Shown here piece after piece: positions 1 through 12,974 of a DNA stretch of 64,000 nt. How positions within the stretch are numbered: the first letter of the stretch is position 1; the number at the start of each line of letters is the position of its first letter. The notes beneath the pieces were generated by a model, which did not search any database, was not told where the DNA came from, and was given only the letters and a program-made list of their open reading frames with translations. Source of the stretch: Mustelus asterias (taxonomy: Eukaryota). Where the stretch lies: assembly GCF_964213995.1 (NCBI RefSeq), contig NC_135816.1, positions 80,414,001 through 80,478,000 on the forward strand, given 5' to 3'. Made by a program: the position numbers and the translations under genes.

Positions 1-1302
1 CGGCAAGATATTGCAATTGGTGCCAGTATTTGGAGTCGGAGAAGAAAAACAAAGTTTCAAAACCAACATTTTGGAAAAGGACACGTAGGCTGGGATGCAG
101 GAGAATGCATACCCTGGAAGCTCCACCTGCCTCTCACGAGGAACAACTACTTTGATGGCAATGGCCAAATTGGAACCTATTATTCATAAGGCTGAATGGA
201 TGTCTAATAATAGTGGAGATCGATACAGGCACAGCCGTATCTATGGTAGGGGAAGCAGTGTTCAACAAAATTCGCACTGGAGTCCTTTATCCCTAACCGA
301 GACCTTGGCAAGACTGAGGAATTATAGGGGGGAAACCACAGAGTGTTGGGCACAACACATATGCCTGTTGCTTATGGAAAGCAACTGGTTAGGCTACCAT
401 TGATGGTAGTGGAAGGTTTGGGACTGAGCCTATTGGGATGGAATTGGTGAAGGAGATCCAACTAGACTGGGTAAACATTTTTCAGTTAGAAAATGGTCGC
501 CTGAGCGAAGTCCTGCTCAAATACCCGGAGATCTTTCAAGAAGGACTAAGAACAATTAAAGGAGTAAAAGTGACATTCCATGTCGATCCGGAGGCAGTCC
601 CAGAATACCATTCGCATTAAGGGAAAAGGTGGAAATGGAAATCAAAAGATTGGAGCATGAAGGCACAATAAAACTGTTCCAGTTTGCGGAATGTCTGGCA
701 CCCATGGTGCCTATTCTGAAGCTGGTCGGCTCAGTTCTTCTTTACGGAGATTTCACGCAGACAATAAACAGCTCCTCACAACTTGATACATATCCAATTC
801 CCTGGATTGAGGATCTATATGCAGGAGGACTCTTATTCTCTAAACTAGATACGAGTCACGCATACCTACAGCTGAAGCTGGATAAAGATTCACAAAAATT
901 CTCCACAATCAACACAGTGAAGGGCCTTTTTCAAGATTACCCTTGGGGGCATCGTCAGCCTGTGCGATATTTCAGAAAACGATGGAGAACATACTATAAG
1001 GGTTACCACTGGTCGCCATTTACCTGGAGGATGTCCACATCACCAGGAAAATGAGGGCAGAACACCTGCAGGACCTAGAGGAAGTCCTTAGAAGGTTTTC
1101 AGCAGCTGGTGTGCGCTTAAAGAGGGAGAAATGTGTTTTCTTAGTACTGCAAGTCACCTATCTGGGTCACAAAGTGGACAAGTCGGGCCTACATCCTCTG
1201 GAGGATCGGGTGTCGGCAAAAAGAGATGCCCCGGCCCCCACCACAATCCAGGAGTTATGGTTGTTTTTAGGGCTGGTGAAGTATTATGGGAAGTTCATAC
1301 AA

Positions 1303-1637
1303 TAAGAAGTCTCACAACGCCAAGTTAAAGTCCAACAGGTTTATTTGGTAGCACAAGCTACTAGCTTTCAGAGTGCTGCTCTCACATTGTCACTCACATT
1401 GTCTGTACCTTTAAGATTTGATTACCCGTAAAGATTCGCATTCCAATCATTATTTTGTAAATTGAGTTTGTGTCTTTATATGCCCTGTTTGTGAACAGAA
1501 CTCCCACTCACCTGATGAAGGAGCAGCGCTCTGAAAGCTTATGGCTTGTGCTACCAAATAAACCTGTTGGACTTTAACCTGGTGTTGTGAGACTTCTTAC
1601 TGTGTTTACCCCAGTCCAACGCCGCCATCTCCACATC
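1303..1637 (+). mobile_element. Short non-coding Penelope-like element (pseudo-LTR plus short inverted pLTR) inserted in Gypsy RT
   Basis: 12-bp target duplication AAGTTCATACAA at 1291-1302 and 1638-1649; left end is the reverse complement of 1530-1599; matches the 3' end of the long PLE copies. Confidence 0.9.
1508..1544 (+). ncRNA. Hammerhead-ribozyme-like motif (degenerate stem I) in PLE pLTR
   Basis: TCAC-CTGATGA-A-GGAGC-AGC-GCTCT-GAAA-GC-TT-ATGG. Confidence 0.55.
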
Positions 1638-3829
1638 AAGTTCATACAAAACAGGGCCTTCATCTTGGATCCCCCACATCAGCTACTAAAAAAGGGGCAA
1701 GCCTGGGAATGGTTTGCCCGCCAAGACCGGGCCTTTAAGAAAATCAAACAACAGCCCTCATCAGAAAATGTTTTCGTGCATTATCACCCAGGAAAGAGTT
1801 GATGCTCACTCGTGACACATTTCCATACGGTGTTTGTGCTGTTCTGGCACACAGATAGCAAAACGGACAGGAAGGGCAATAGCATATGCCTACTGGACCC
1901 TAGTAATAGTGGAATGGAAGTACGGCCAGATTGAAAAAGAAGGACTGGCCATAATTTTTGCGGTAAAGAAATTCCACTAGTACCTATATGGGTGGAAATT
2001 CATGATCGTCACTGATCACAAACTGTTGCTGGGTCTACTCAAGGAGGACAGGGCAGTGCCTCCAATAGCATCAGTCCGGATCCAGCACTGAACATTATTA
2101 CTGGCAGCATACCAGACTGGAGCACCGGCCAAGAATTCGGGTGACAAATGCCGATGCCCTAAGCAGGCTATTATTGCCGGACACCCCACCGTTGGTACTC
2201 AGAGTAGAAGAAACGGTGATGGCGCTGAACTTCTTGGATACCCTTCCGGTGGTCGCACACAATATACACCTGTGTACAGAAAAGGACCCAGAATTAGCAA
2301 AAGTAAAACACCTGGCCCTAACAGAGGAAACAGAAAGAGCAGTTCAGCTGCAATTCCACCCCGATTGGAGCAGGAGAGCAGGTCACCATCAAAGACTGAA
2401 TACTGCTCTGGGGGGGGCATGGGTTATAGTTCCAAGTCAGGGCCGTCGGGCCAAACTACATGGACACCCCAGAGTGTCCAAAATGAAGATGCTGGCCAGG
2501 TCTGGATGTAGATATTGCGGCATTGGTGGGTTGGTGCCAGGAATGCCAACAAGGGCAGAAGGTGCCACCGGCAACCCTGTTACAGCTATGGGAATGGCCA
2601 GTTAGACTATGGTCGCGACTTCACATCGATTTTGCAGGTCCTTTTATGCGGTCGATGTTTTTGGTAATAGATGCCCACTCAAAATGGTTGGATGTCTACA
2701 AGGTGAATTCGACAAACACAACAACATCCGTCGAGAAGCTGCGAGCCTCGTTCTCGACACATGGAATTCCAGAGGTGTTAGTCTCAGACAACGGATCGGT
2801 TTTCGCCAGCCAAGAGTTCACCAGATTCATAAAGTCGAACAGGATTTGACACATCAGGACAGCACCGTACCACCCAACATCAAATGGCCTGGCGGAGGGA
2901 GCTGTCCAGACTTTAAAAGCTGGGTTGAAAAAAAGGGCAGTGGCATCAATAGACACTAAGCTCTCCCATTGGCTATTTGATTATAGGACAACCACACACG
3001 CCACCACGGGAATAATTCCAGTGGAATTACTCATGGGCAGATGACTCCGCACCAGGCTAAGCCTGCTATTCCCAAACCTGGGGGGGGGGTGGAAAAGCAC
3101 CAAGAGGCTAACTGCAGGGGCACTTCGACGCCAGTGAGAAAGTCTGGGTAAGAAATTGCTCAAATGGGCCCACATGGTCGAGTCCAGGACGGGACCAGTA
3201 TCCTACCAGGTACGCGTGGGCGAGGCCTTCGGAAAAATGCAGGCCGTGAATTCAACATTCGTTCTCGAACCAATTTGGCCCAGCAGGGGAGTCCTCCCCG
3301 ACGGGCCAGCCCCGTCTCTCCAGCACCGCTGGTGGGAACCTTAGAGTCTGAAATGGACACGGCTGACAAAGAAGCAGCTGTTCCCCAACTGCCGGAGGAA
3401 GACTGCAAAACAGCCCTCCGGCGCTCACTGCGGAAGGGATGGGCGCCAAGCCAATACACCCTTCAATGTCAGAGGCCAAATTGGAGGATCCAGACCCAGC
3501 GCAGAAGTGGAGGAAAGGACCCGTGAGGCGAGCAGATCACGGGGATTCTTCTGACTTTGGGGGGAAGAAGTGTAATGACATTAATCAGGCAATTGAGGTG
3601 GGCCTGTTAGAATATAAACTCCCTGATAAAGGGCCAAATTGATGCGTCAATCAGGGAGCCTCATGCTTTGTATTTAACTAGGAGTGTCAGTTCCTCTGGG
3701 ACTCCTGGCGAACTGAAAGCACAATGCTGTTGTTGGGTTTGTAAATAAAGGGATTTTGATGAAGGGACTTCTGCCTCTGAGGACTTATTACAGAGGTTAT
3801 TGACACTAAGAATGCCAATGTTCATTTCT

Positions 3830-4100
3830 CATCCCTCCTTGAATTGAGTCACTTGCTTGGCCATTTCAGAGGATAGTCAGCCATCAGATTAGTATTGATC
3901 TGGAGTCACATGTCGCCCAGACCAGGTAAGGCTGTGAGATTTCCTTCCTGAAAGGGCATTAGTGAATCAGATTGGATTTTCCAGCAATCGATGGTCACAA
4001 TTACTGAGACTACTTTATATTCCGGATTAAGTAATTGAATTTAAATTCTACCAATTGCAATGAGATTTGAACCACTGTCCTCACAGCATGAATTTGACCC
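3830..4100 (-). mobile_element. SINE-like repeat (same family as 28565-28960)
   Basis: Reverse complement of ...CTGGTCTGG...ACATGTGACTCCAGA... and ...TTCAAATC...AATTTAAATTCAATT motifs. Confidence 0.7.
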
Positions 4101-4170
4101 TCTGACGGTCTAGTGGTTAGGATTCGGCATTTTCACCGCCACGGCCCTGGTTCGTTCCCCAGTCAGGGAA
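4099..4170 (+). pseudogene. tRNA-Glu(TTC) pseudogene / tRNA-derived sequence
   Basis: GGTCTAGTGGTTAGGATTCGGCA-TTTTCAC-CGCCACGGCCCTGGTTCGTTCCCCAGTCAGGGAA resembles vertebrate tRNA-Glu; mismatches in anticodon, acceptor and T stems (mostly CpG decay); no oligo-T terminator. Confidence 0.8.
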
Positions 4171-4182
4171 GGCGGAATTACT

Positions 4183-4494
4183 GGGTGGCACGGTGGCACA
4201 GTGGTTAGAACTGCTGCCTCACAGCACCAGGGACCCACGTTCGATTCCCGGCTTTGATGACTGTATGGAGCTTACACATTCTCCCCGTGTCTGCGTGGGT
4301 TTCCTCTGGGTGGTCTGGTTTCCTCCCACGCTCCAAAAGGTTAGATGGATTGGCCATGCTAAATTGCCCCTTAGTGTCAGGGGATTAGCAGAGTAAATAT
4401 GTGGAATCACGGGGATAGGGTCTGAGTGCTTTTTTTTGTTGGTTTAGCTTTGATGGGCCGAATGGCCTCTTTCTGCACTGTAGGGATTCTATGA
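4183..4494 (+). mobile_element. HE1-type (V-SINE) tRNA-derived SINE
   Basis: GGCACGGTGGCACAGTGGTTAG A-box, GTTCGATTCC B-box, TGCGTGGGTTT core, CR1-like tail GGGCCGAATGGCCT...GATTCTATGA. Confidence 0.88.
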
Positions 4495-4579
4495 ATTGCC
4501 AATCCAGGAAAACAAATTCTCAGTTTCCCCCGGCCTTCTATATTTGAGCGATACATCCTGTAAGTACCACTGTAAATTT

Positions 4580-4680
4580 TCCGATCACCACAAATTTCTC
4601 GCACTGATGACGTTTAGTTCCGTTGTATCTGCTTCCTGACTTTGACCATGCTGAATTGATTTCTTTCAACCTAAAACAAG
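4580..4680 (+). promoter_or_regulatory. Putative proximal promoter/5'UTR of the SLAM-family gene (RUNX-like ACCACA 4587-4592, ETS-like GCTTCCTG 4631-4638)
   Basis: Unique sequence just upstream of the ATG; short motif matches only. Confidence 0.3.
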
Positions 4681-4747
4681 ATGTTTAATTTTGCTGTGAA
4701 AAGGGGCTTCAGCCTGTTCAGTCTCTCGATCTCTGTTTTCTGTTTCG
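4681..4747 (+). CDS. SLAM/CD2-family receptor exon 1 (signal peptide MFNFAVKRGFSLFSLSISVFCF)
   Basis: A at -3 of the ATG, hydrophobic leader, phase-1 donor G|GTAAG in frame with exon 2. Confidence 0.8.
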
Positions 4748-5280
4748 GTAAGAAATATCTTTTATAATGCATTCTGTTTTTAAATGCAGTGAGCAGAGTG
4801 TAGGACCAGTGAATGTGTCCAGTGTGTGTGAAGGCCATTCAGCCTTGCAGTACCAGAATCTACTAGACCGCACCCTGAAACGAGTCACATTCATCCGAAT
4901 CGCTCTGTCTCTTTCTCTCTGTCCCTATCCGCTGTATTCCCCTCACTCTGTTTTCCTCTCTCTCTCTCTCTCTCCACCCCCCCTCACCCGCGCTCTCTTT
5001 TTAGACAAGCGTTATTCTCTACTTCTCCTTTACAAGAAGTATTCGTGTCTCGACCACATCCTGACTGCATTTACTGCTAAAATGTTTGTAAAATGTGCCG
5101 CCATTACAGACAGATTAAGTCATTTCTTGTTCCATGTCTACGATTAAATGCCGCACCACGCATTGCTACAGATCATTTTGGTACTTAGTAGTAAAACTTA
5201 ACAATACCAATAAAATCATAACCAACTAGATTCTGCTTGACGATTAAGCTGATAAAGTTTGGAGGCACAAAATAAACATT

Positions 5281-5858
5281 CTGTATCTAACCTGTCCTGG
5301 GAGTGTTTGATGGGGACAGTGCAGAGGGAGATTCACTCTGTATCTAACCCCGTGCTGTACCTGTCCTGGGTGTGTTTGATGGGGACAGTGTAGAGGGAGC
5401 TTTACTCTGTATCTAACCCCGTGCTGTACCTGTCCTGGAATGTTTGATGGGGACAGTGTGGAGGGAGTTTTACTCTGTATCTAACCCCGTGCTGTACCTG
5501 TCCTGGGAGTGTTTGATGGGGACAGTATAGAGGGAGCTTTACTCTGTATCTAACCCCGTGCTGTACCTGTCCTGGGAGTGTTTGATAGGGACAGTGTAGA
5601 GGGAGCTTTACTCTGTATCTAACCCCATGCTGTACCTGTCCTGGGAATGTTTGGTGGGGACAGTGTAGAGGGAGCTTTACTCTGTATCTAACCCCGTGCT
5701 GTGCCTGTCCTGGGAGTGTTTGATGGGGATAGTGTGGAGGGAGCTTTACTCTGTATCTAACCCTGTGCTGTACCTGTCCTGGGAGTGTTTGATGGGGATA
5801 GTGTGGAGGGAGCTTTATTCTGTATCTAACCCCGTGCTGTACCTGTCCTGGGAATGTT
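5281..5858. repeat. 69-bp minisatellite (CTGTATCTAACCCCGTGCTGTACCTGTCCTGGGAGTGTTTGATGGGGACAGTGTAGAGGGAGCTTTACT), about 8 units
   Basis: Direct tandem units; the array resumes at 10369 after a Gypsy insertion. Confidence 0.97.
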
Positions 5859-8800
5859 TATTAATCTCTCCAAGACCAGTCTTTGATCATCAACACCTTT
5901 TATTTACACGGTGAATGAAAGCTGCTTCTGCAGCTACAGCACACAAGTCAAAGTCCCGAGATCTGCATTCGCTGGTCCAGGTAGACATAGCTGGTTTTAA
6001 ACTCCCACTGGGTGGGGCACTGCTTGCTCATTAGTCAGATTCCTATTCCACGAGGCCCACAGGGAGATTGACTGACAATCCCCAGGAGCCATCATAACTC
6101 CGCGTGTCCCCCAACACCCAACCACGTGAAGGCCCTTCTGCCACTTGACGATCAACCTGGGGATGGTTGAAGGCGGAACTGGATATGTTTGTGTGAACTG
6201 AATTGGAGACTTTTGCTTTTGAAGAGAACATCGTAAAGCCACTGATACAGGTTCTTCATGGGCCTCTGCTTCAGTTGGGGCACCAGCTTCTTCATCCTTC
6301 ACCTTGGAATCCGTGTCCTCATCATCCGGATGAGCAGGCTTCAGGTTGGCTTTAAGTCAGGGCACAACTCTGGCGGTGGCTATCTCCATGGCTGGTAATG
6401 AGACCCGCACTGGAGCGGGCTCCCCACTCCTGAGTCAGTGCTTCTTCATAAATTTGACCTGCACTTTTACTTAAGATGCAGGCCCCATTTTCTCCATTGT
6501 GATCACAGGGACCAGCTGAGACCATCTTGGAATTTCCTTATGTGAACTGGGTCACCCATTTTGAACATTCTTTCTGCCCTTGTCCTTCTTCCTCTGGTTC
6601 TCCTGTTGGGACTCCACCCTACCTGCCAGGTTTGTGAACAGTAGGTTAGCCTTGGTTGAAGCCTCTGTGCCATTAAAGCCCCCCCCCCCCCCCCCCCCCC
6701 CCCCAATTCTGCTGGGGGGGGGGGGGGGATTCCTGTTGTTGTGTGAAGGGTAGCCATATAGTCCAAAAACAACCATGCCAGTTTGGTCTTCATGGATGCT
6801 GTAAGTTGTTTCTTGATGTTGAGCTTAAAAGTCTGCACTGCTTGTTAATCAACCCTTTCAATGTTGGGTGATCGGGTGCTGTTCTAACATGTTTGATGAC
6901 ATTAGTAAACATGAAGGAACTCAGTACTTGTAAAGGCAGTACCGTTGTCACAGACCAGGACCTCTGGTGTCCTGTGTGTGGCAGAAACTTTGTCGTAGTT
7001 TCTCAATCATGGCATGGGAGGTAGTGGAGCTCATGTGATGTATCTCCAACCATTTGGAATGTGCATCCACCATGATCAAAGACATGGAACCCATAAAAGG
7101 CCTGGCAAAGTGCATGTGCACTCACACCCAAGGCCCACCAGGCCACTCCCATTGATGTAGGGAGGCTGAAGGGAGGAGATTTTGATTCTCCTGACCAAGT
7201 CTGTAATGTTTGCATCAGGGCCTGGCTAGCATTTTCATTTTGATACTCCAGTGTGGCTATGTTGTAATTCCATAAGAACGGAAGTTGTCCTGGGCAAAGT
7301 ACAACCACATGGAACCCCTAGAGGATGATGCCATCCTTAACACTAAGCTCATCTTTCTCCATCAGGTGGGATTTCATTTCATCTGAGGGTTGTATTCTGA
7401 ATCCGATATTCAAGAATCATGTATTTTACATTTTTGGTAGGACTGGGTCCTTTTGCATCCAGACCTTGATTTGCATTGCAGATACCAGTAATGTCTCCAA
7501 AGAATTTAAGGTCATCACAACCTCTCCCAAAGCCGGTAAAGAAACCAGCTTTGTGGGCAATGGCACTAGGTCATACTGTCTGACAAAGTCTGTAATATCT
7601 GTATCAAAGCCGGGCCATATGTAGCTCCACTAAGATGACTTGGTGCATCAGTGCTGGCCATCTGGGTGCCGGGGCGAGGCTCCAGGATGTCAGTAATAAG
7701 GCCCAATGCTGTATCTGAGCAGAAGCAATAGGGGATATTCGTATCTTTAAAAAGTCCCAACAAGGGTTTGTGATTGGTTACTATTATAAAGTGTCTACTG
7801 TGGACGCATTGATGGAACTTTTTAACGCCAAAGACAATTGCCAGCTCCTCTTTCTCAATTTGGGAATACCTCCGTTCAGCATCCAAATGGATCATGGATG
7901 TGTATGCAATCGGCTTTTCTGTTTCATCTTTCCAGCCGTGTGCCAGTACTTCTCCAACCTCATAGGGTGAAGCATCATATTTCAGGACAAGTTCCTTTTT
8001 TGGGTTCAGTACGTTAGGCGATAGAAGCTGCTGTTTAGCATTATTGAAAGCCTCCACCGGTGGCGCCTCCTCAGACTGGTTTTAGCGTTTCCATAGTAGG
8101 ATATGCAAAGGGACCAGTAAGGAAGCCAAATACAGAATAAATTTCCTGTAATAATTCACTCGCCGGCATCTCCACATCATAATTCACTAGCCCCAGGAAG
8201 GATTTCAATTCCGTGATGTTCCTTGGAGTTGGTGCCTCCTTAATGGCCCTTATCTTGTCCTCCAATGGATGGAGGCCCCTGCCATCCATCCAATGGCCTA
8301 AGTAGGTCACGACATTTTCTGAGAAGACACACTTTTCCCTCTTCAGGCATACTCAGATTTTTGAGAACATCTTCCAGGTTTGCTCGGTGTTCTCGTTCTG
8401 AAGTCTCCATAACTAGTATGTCGTCCAGGTACACCATCACTTGAGGTAATCCTTGAAGTATATTCTCCATGACCCATTGGGAAATGGCACATGTGGACAA
8501 GACCCTGAAGGGCAGATGAGTGTACTTGTGTAGGCCTTTATGCAGATTAATTGTCACATACCTTTGGGAAGGCGCGTCTAATTCAAGTTGGAGATATGCA
8601 TGGCTAATGTCCAATGTAGAGAAGACTTGGCTGCCCGTTAACCTGGCATACCTTCGATTTGGGGCATGGGGTATCTGTTAAGTTTAGAAACCCGATTGAC
8701 TGAGCTCATAGTCTCCACAAATTCGAACTGACTTACCTGGCTTAAGAACAGGGATGGCAGTCACGGCTGACTCTGCAAGTTGTATGGGCCTTATTATGTC

Positions 8801-10368
8801 CAGCTTTTTCAGGCATTCAAGTTCCATCTCCATATTTCCCAACAAAGAGTATGGAACTGGTCTAGCTCTAAAATACTTAGGAGGAGCATCATGGTCGACG
8901 TAGATTTTGGCTTTGGATCCCTTTATTGTTCCAAGTCCTTCCTGGAAAACTTTGCAAGACTTGTTGATAATTTCATACAGTTCCCCCACGGCCAGCCTGA
9001 AGATCTCCAGCCAGTTCAGCCTGATGTGCTGGAGCTAATCTCTCCTCATCAGGTTTTGCCCTTGTCTCCGTAAAATAATGAGAGGAAGTCGAGCTGACTG
9101 CTGCCTGTAAGTCACTGGGGTCACCATGGTGCACTCATTTGTAATGGTTCCCCTGTAAATGTGGATTTCCTTGGCCTTTGTGTCTTCTAAGCTCAGAAGC
9201 TGAATACCAGTTTGGAGACGATCATATGTCTGCTGCCTGATAAAGGAGACCACAGCCCCGTGGAGATGCGGTTTAATTACATTAGCCCATCTCCTGGTAC
9301 TGGACATACCTGCAAGGTATGGTCTTGTTCTGGCCTTGGCCTTTTTCATAAACCGCATGCATTTTGCCTATCCCTATAAATTTGCCTTGATTATGGTCTT
9401 TTGCAGTGTTTGCGACAGTCCATTTTCTGCCATCTACAATCTTCTGGAACATCTAGTCGTCTTAAGACTGTCACTGCCTTTCGTTGAATGCATAGTGATA
9501 CAACTTGGGCTCCAACATTGTAATGGACTCTCTGATACTTACACAAATGCTCTCAGTTGAGGAACGAACATTGCACGAGGTCCCTCCCCTAATCGGAGGG
9601 CACTGCTGTTTGTCTGCCAGAGCTCTTTGCTCTGCATTCTCTTGAGTACTAGAGCTATCTCAATTGACTTTTTTTAGATCCATGTTGGGTTCTGCCAATA
9701 ATTCTTTTGAGCTGTCACCTTATTAATTCCACATAACAATCTGTCTCGCAACATGTCATTCAGGGGTGGCCCAAATTCACTGTGCATTACAAATGTGGGT
9801 AACCTGGTCAATAATTCAGTGACATATTCCCCAGGGCTCTCCCCCTGCTGTCTTAAAGCAGGGTCACTGGAGTATAATAGAGGGCTTTGGGTCAGAGTAG
9901 CCTTTTTCCAAGTCGACTAACTCGTTAAAGGTTTTGGGGTCAGGGGCATCTGGATATGTCAACATTTTTATCACGCTGAATGTCTTCCATGCTTACATCA
10001 TAGGCTTCAAGTTTATCAGAGAGACATTTTTTCTTGCCAGAGGAGATTTACTTGTCTTGGCGATGATGGTTGGCCAGAGGGAAGAAAAACTTGTTTTACT
10101 CCTCATCACCAATGTGAAACTCTCACTGAGGCCAATCTTCTGTCACCACACCCTTTATTTACACAGTGAATAAAGCACCACTTCTGCGGCTACAGTACAC
10201 AAGTCAAAGCCCGGAGACCCACAGTCCCCGGTCTGGGTACGCACAGCTTATTTTAAACTCCCGCTGCTCCTTTCCCATTGGGCAAGCCTCCACTTGCTCA
10301 ATAGGGAATTCATATTCGGCCAGGCACAAGGGAAGATCAATTCACAATCCCCTGTAGCCATCATAACA
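5859..10368 (-). mobile_element. Old Gypsy (Mag-like) LTR retrotransposon with both LTRs (5859-6099, 10113-10368)
   Basis: Minus-strand gag/pol remnants (YLDDILV, YDASPY, YSQIEKEELAIVFGVKKFH); PBS TGGTGATGAGG at 10111-10101; 5-bp TSD ATGTT/GTGTT. Confidence 0.9.
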
Positions 10369-10565
10369 GTGTTTGATGGGATAGTGTAGGGGGAGATTTA
10401 TTCTGGATCTTAATCCGACACAAATTTTCTGCCATATTTCCCTACACTTACACAGTAACTTAATTTCTAAAGTAATTTTTGTCTTTTAGCTGCCTTGTTC
10501 TACAGGCTTGATCCTGGGTTCTCTATCTTTCTGCACAGACTGACTGTTTCCTCTTGTTACCTCAG

Positions 10566-10886
10566 TTCAGAGTCAGGCTGCCCGTCTCCCTGTGAATGGC
10601 TCCCTGGGTCAGTCAGTCTACCTGTCTCTGGAGAATCCACATGGATTGAAGATTGACGAGGTTTTCTGGAAACGATCTTCACCCAAACCCAGAATAGCAA
10701 GATACATGAAGAACCATGTTCAATATTTTGGTGCTGAGGATTACAAGAAACGGATAAAACTTCATCCTGGGAACTTCAGTCTGCAAATCAATGACTTACA
10801 GAGAGCGGACACCGGGGATTATGAGGTGATTGTAACCGGAAATTCAGAAGTGGAAAATACAGAGAGGGTTAAACTGGATGTGTACG
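10566..10886 (+). CDS. SLAM/CD2-family receptor exon 2 (IgV domain lacking the canonical disulfide)
   Basis: CTCAG| acceptor, |GTAAGT donor, phase 1-1; VNGSLGQSVYL, VFW, NFSLQINDLQRADTGDY, VKLDVY are typical of the CD2/SLAM first domain. Confidence 0.95.
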
Positions 10887-11019
10887 GTAAGTGAGATTCT
10901 ATTGGATGTGCTTGGTTTTCACAAGATCCTGAAACCTCTGTCATTATTGAAGAAATTTGTCCTCACCATCCTAAAGAGCAGACCTCTTATCCTGATATAA
11001 TGCCCCTTGTGTTTGGGAT

Positions 11020-11775
11020 TGACAGCCAAGTGAAATCAATCTGTCAGAATCAATGCTGCCACAGCCCTCTCAGAATCTCATATTTCAACTAGATTATGTC
11101 ACATTCATTTAAATTCCGCCTCATACCAGGGATCAGTCAGTTGAACATACATTGCAACTCCTCGAGGGCATTATACACTCCCTTGGGTAAAAAGAACAAA
11201 ACTATATATTGTATTCCTGGTGGTTTTATCAAATTTCTTTACAATTCCAGCAAGATTTCCTGACTCGAATACTCCAATCACTTTGACTTGAAGGGAAAAA
11301 TACCATTTGCATTCCGATGTGTTGACTGCAGCCTGTATATTAAATTTATATGTTTCACATACAAATACATATATATCCTGCGTCTGAACCCCAAGTTAAC
11401 AGCTTCTCAACATTGAAAAGTCATTCAGTTTTTCTGTTCTTTGTCCAGACCTAAACAACCTCACAGTTCTCCACATTAATTCCCATCTGCAATCCTATTG
11501 CCCATTCATCTAACTTGTCTCTATCTCTTTGCAGCCTCTCTCTGTTCTCCCCACAGCTTACCTTCATATCAGCAAACTTAGATACCTTGCTCCCTGTTTC
11601 GTTGTCTAAGTCATTAATGTAGATTGTTAATTGCTGAGGCCCTAACACTGACCCTTGCAGCTCTCTACGAGTCACAGCCTGTCAGCCTGAAAAAGCCCAG
11701 TTTATGCCCACTCTCTGCCGCCTGTGCATTAACCAATCCTCTATCCATGCTAATATATTACCTCCATTCCCATGA
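11020..11775 (-). mobile_element. CR1 LINE RT fragment
   Basis: ORF 11451-11675: QGSVLGP...YINDLD...SKFAD. Confidence 0.85.
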
Positions 11776-12213
11776 CCCCCCGTCTCCCCCTCACTGATCT
11801 CAGGCAGAGCGGCAGCGGACACTCTCTTCCACTCCCCCTCTCCCCCACCAATCTCAGGCAGAGAGCTGTCGGATGCTAGGCACCCATCTCCTCACTAACT
11901 GGAGCGCCCAAATCGGACTTCTATGTAGTATGTCTGCTTCACACCGATTCTGGATGGGCGAAAGCAGTGGTAAAGGGGGATGTGCCGATAAAGTTGGGCG
12001 TGCAGCCCATTAAGTCAATTTAAATGCATGCAAATGCATTTAAATGGCCGTCGCGCCTGTTTCAGGCACGGTCCCGATCGCAACCATTTTTGGGCCTTGG
12101 TAAAGGGGGAACCGGCGCGGAGGCGGGCGTAGATCGGGCTAGTCGCCTCATGCTCGACTTTATCCAGTTTTCGCACCCAAAAACCGGCGCAACACGATGG
12201 TAAAATTGGACCC
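11776..12213. mobile_element. Non-autonomous DNA transposon (MITE-like) fragment, right TIR GGTAAAATTGGACCC
   Basis: End is the reverse complement of the start of the related element at 51809 (AGGTCCTATTTTGCC); shared CCCACTGATCTCAG motif. Confidence 0.5.
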
Positions 12214-12974
12214 ATGGTCTCACCAATACCCTGCATAACTGAAACATAACATCCATACTTTTATATTCAATTCCTCTTGTAATAAAGGGTAGCATTCCAA
12301 TGTCCTGGTGTGTCAATGTTCAGTTTGGTTACACACAGCAGCAGTATGGGTGTCTCAATCCCAGTCCATGGACTGTTGACATACATTGGCTTTCCACCAC
12401 AGAAGGAGGCCATTCAGCCCATTGAGAGCATGCCCGCTCCATATAGAGCAATCTAATCAGTCCTATTTCCCCCACTCTATCTCCATATCTCTGCGACTTT
12501 AATTCCCTCAAGTGTCCATATTCAGTTTCTTTTTGAAATTATTCACTGTCTCCACTTCCACCAGCCTCGTGTTCAGTAAGTTTCAGCTCATTACCACTCA
12601 CATATCTTACTATTGCTTTCGCCCGCACTATCGCTGGAACTCTACCACCTCGCCCGCCACCGAATAGGAGCGGGCGAGGGTCCAACAATGGAATTCTCCA
12701 TTGACCTCGGGCAGGAATTTCTGGTCTTGCCCGAGCGAAGCCATAAAATCCAGCGCTATGTGTTTTTACATCTCTCTTAAATGCATCCCTGTAGAGACCA
12801 ATTATCGTTTAAAAAAAAAAGAATTTCCAGTTGACTGGCGAGGTAACATGCAAGATTTCACATTTTCAAACAACTTTTACTGACTCAAACATTATTATTT
12901 TTAGTTCATGGGATGTAGGCATCACTGGCAACATTTATTGCCCATCCTGAATTGTCCTTGAACTGAGTGGCATG

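Larger units (their letters stand above)
1..3792 (+). mobile_element. Degenerate Gypsy (Mag-like) LTR retrotransposon, 5' part outside window; protease-RT-RNaseH-integrase remnants and 3' LTR
   Basis: ORF fragments 629-1305 (FSKLDTSHAYLQL, VTYLGH), 2141-2849 (NADALSRL, WSRLHIDFAGP, LVSDNGSVF); polypurine tract GGGGGGAAGAAG 3559-3570; LTR TGTAA...TTACA 3571-3792 with AATAAA. Confidence 0.92.

Noticed and set aside
4099-4170. Functional tRNA-Glu gene
   Set aside because: Broken stems, altered position 8 and T loop, no terminator
10566-10886. Immunoglobulin, TCR or IgNAR V segment
   Set aside because: No Cys pair and no recombination signal; ends in a splice donor and joins a CD2-type C2 exon
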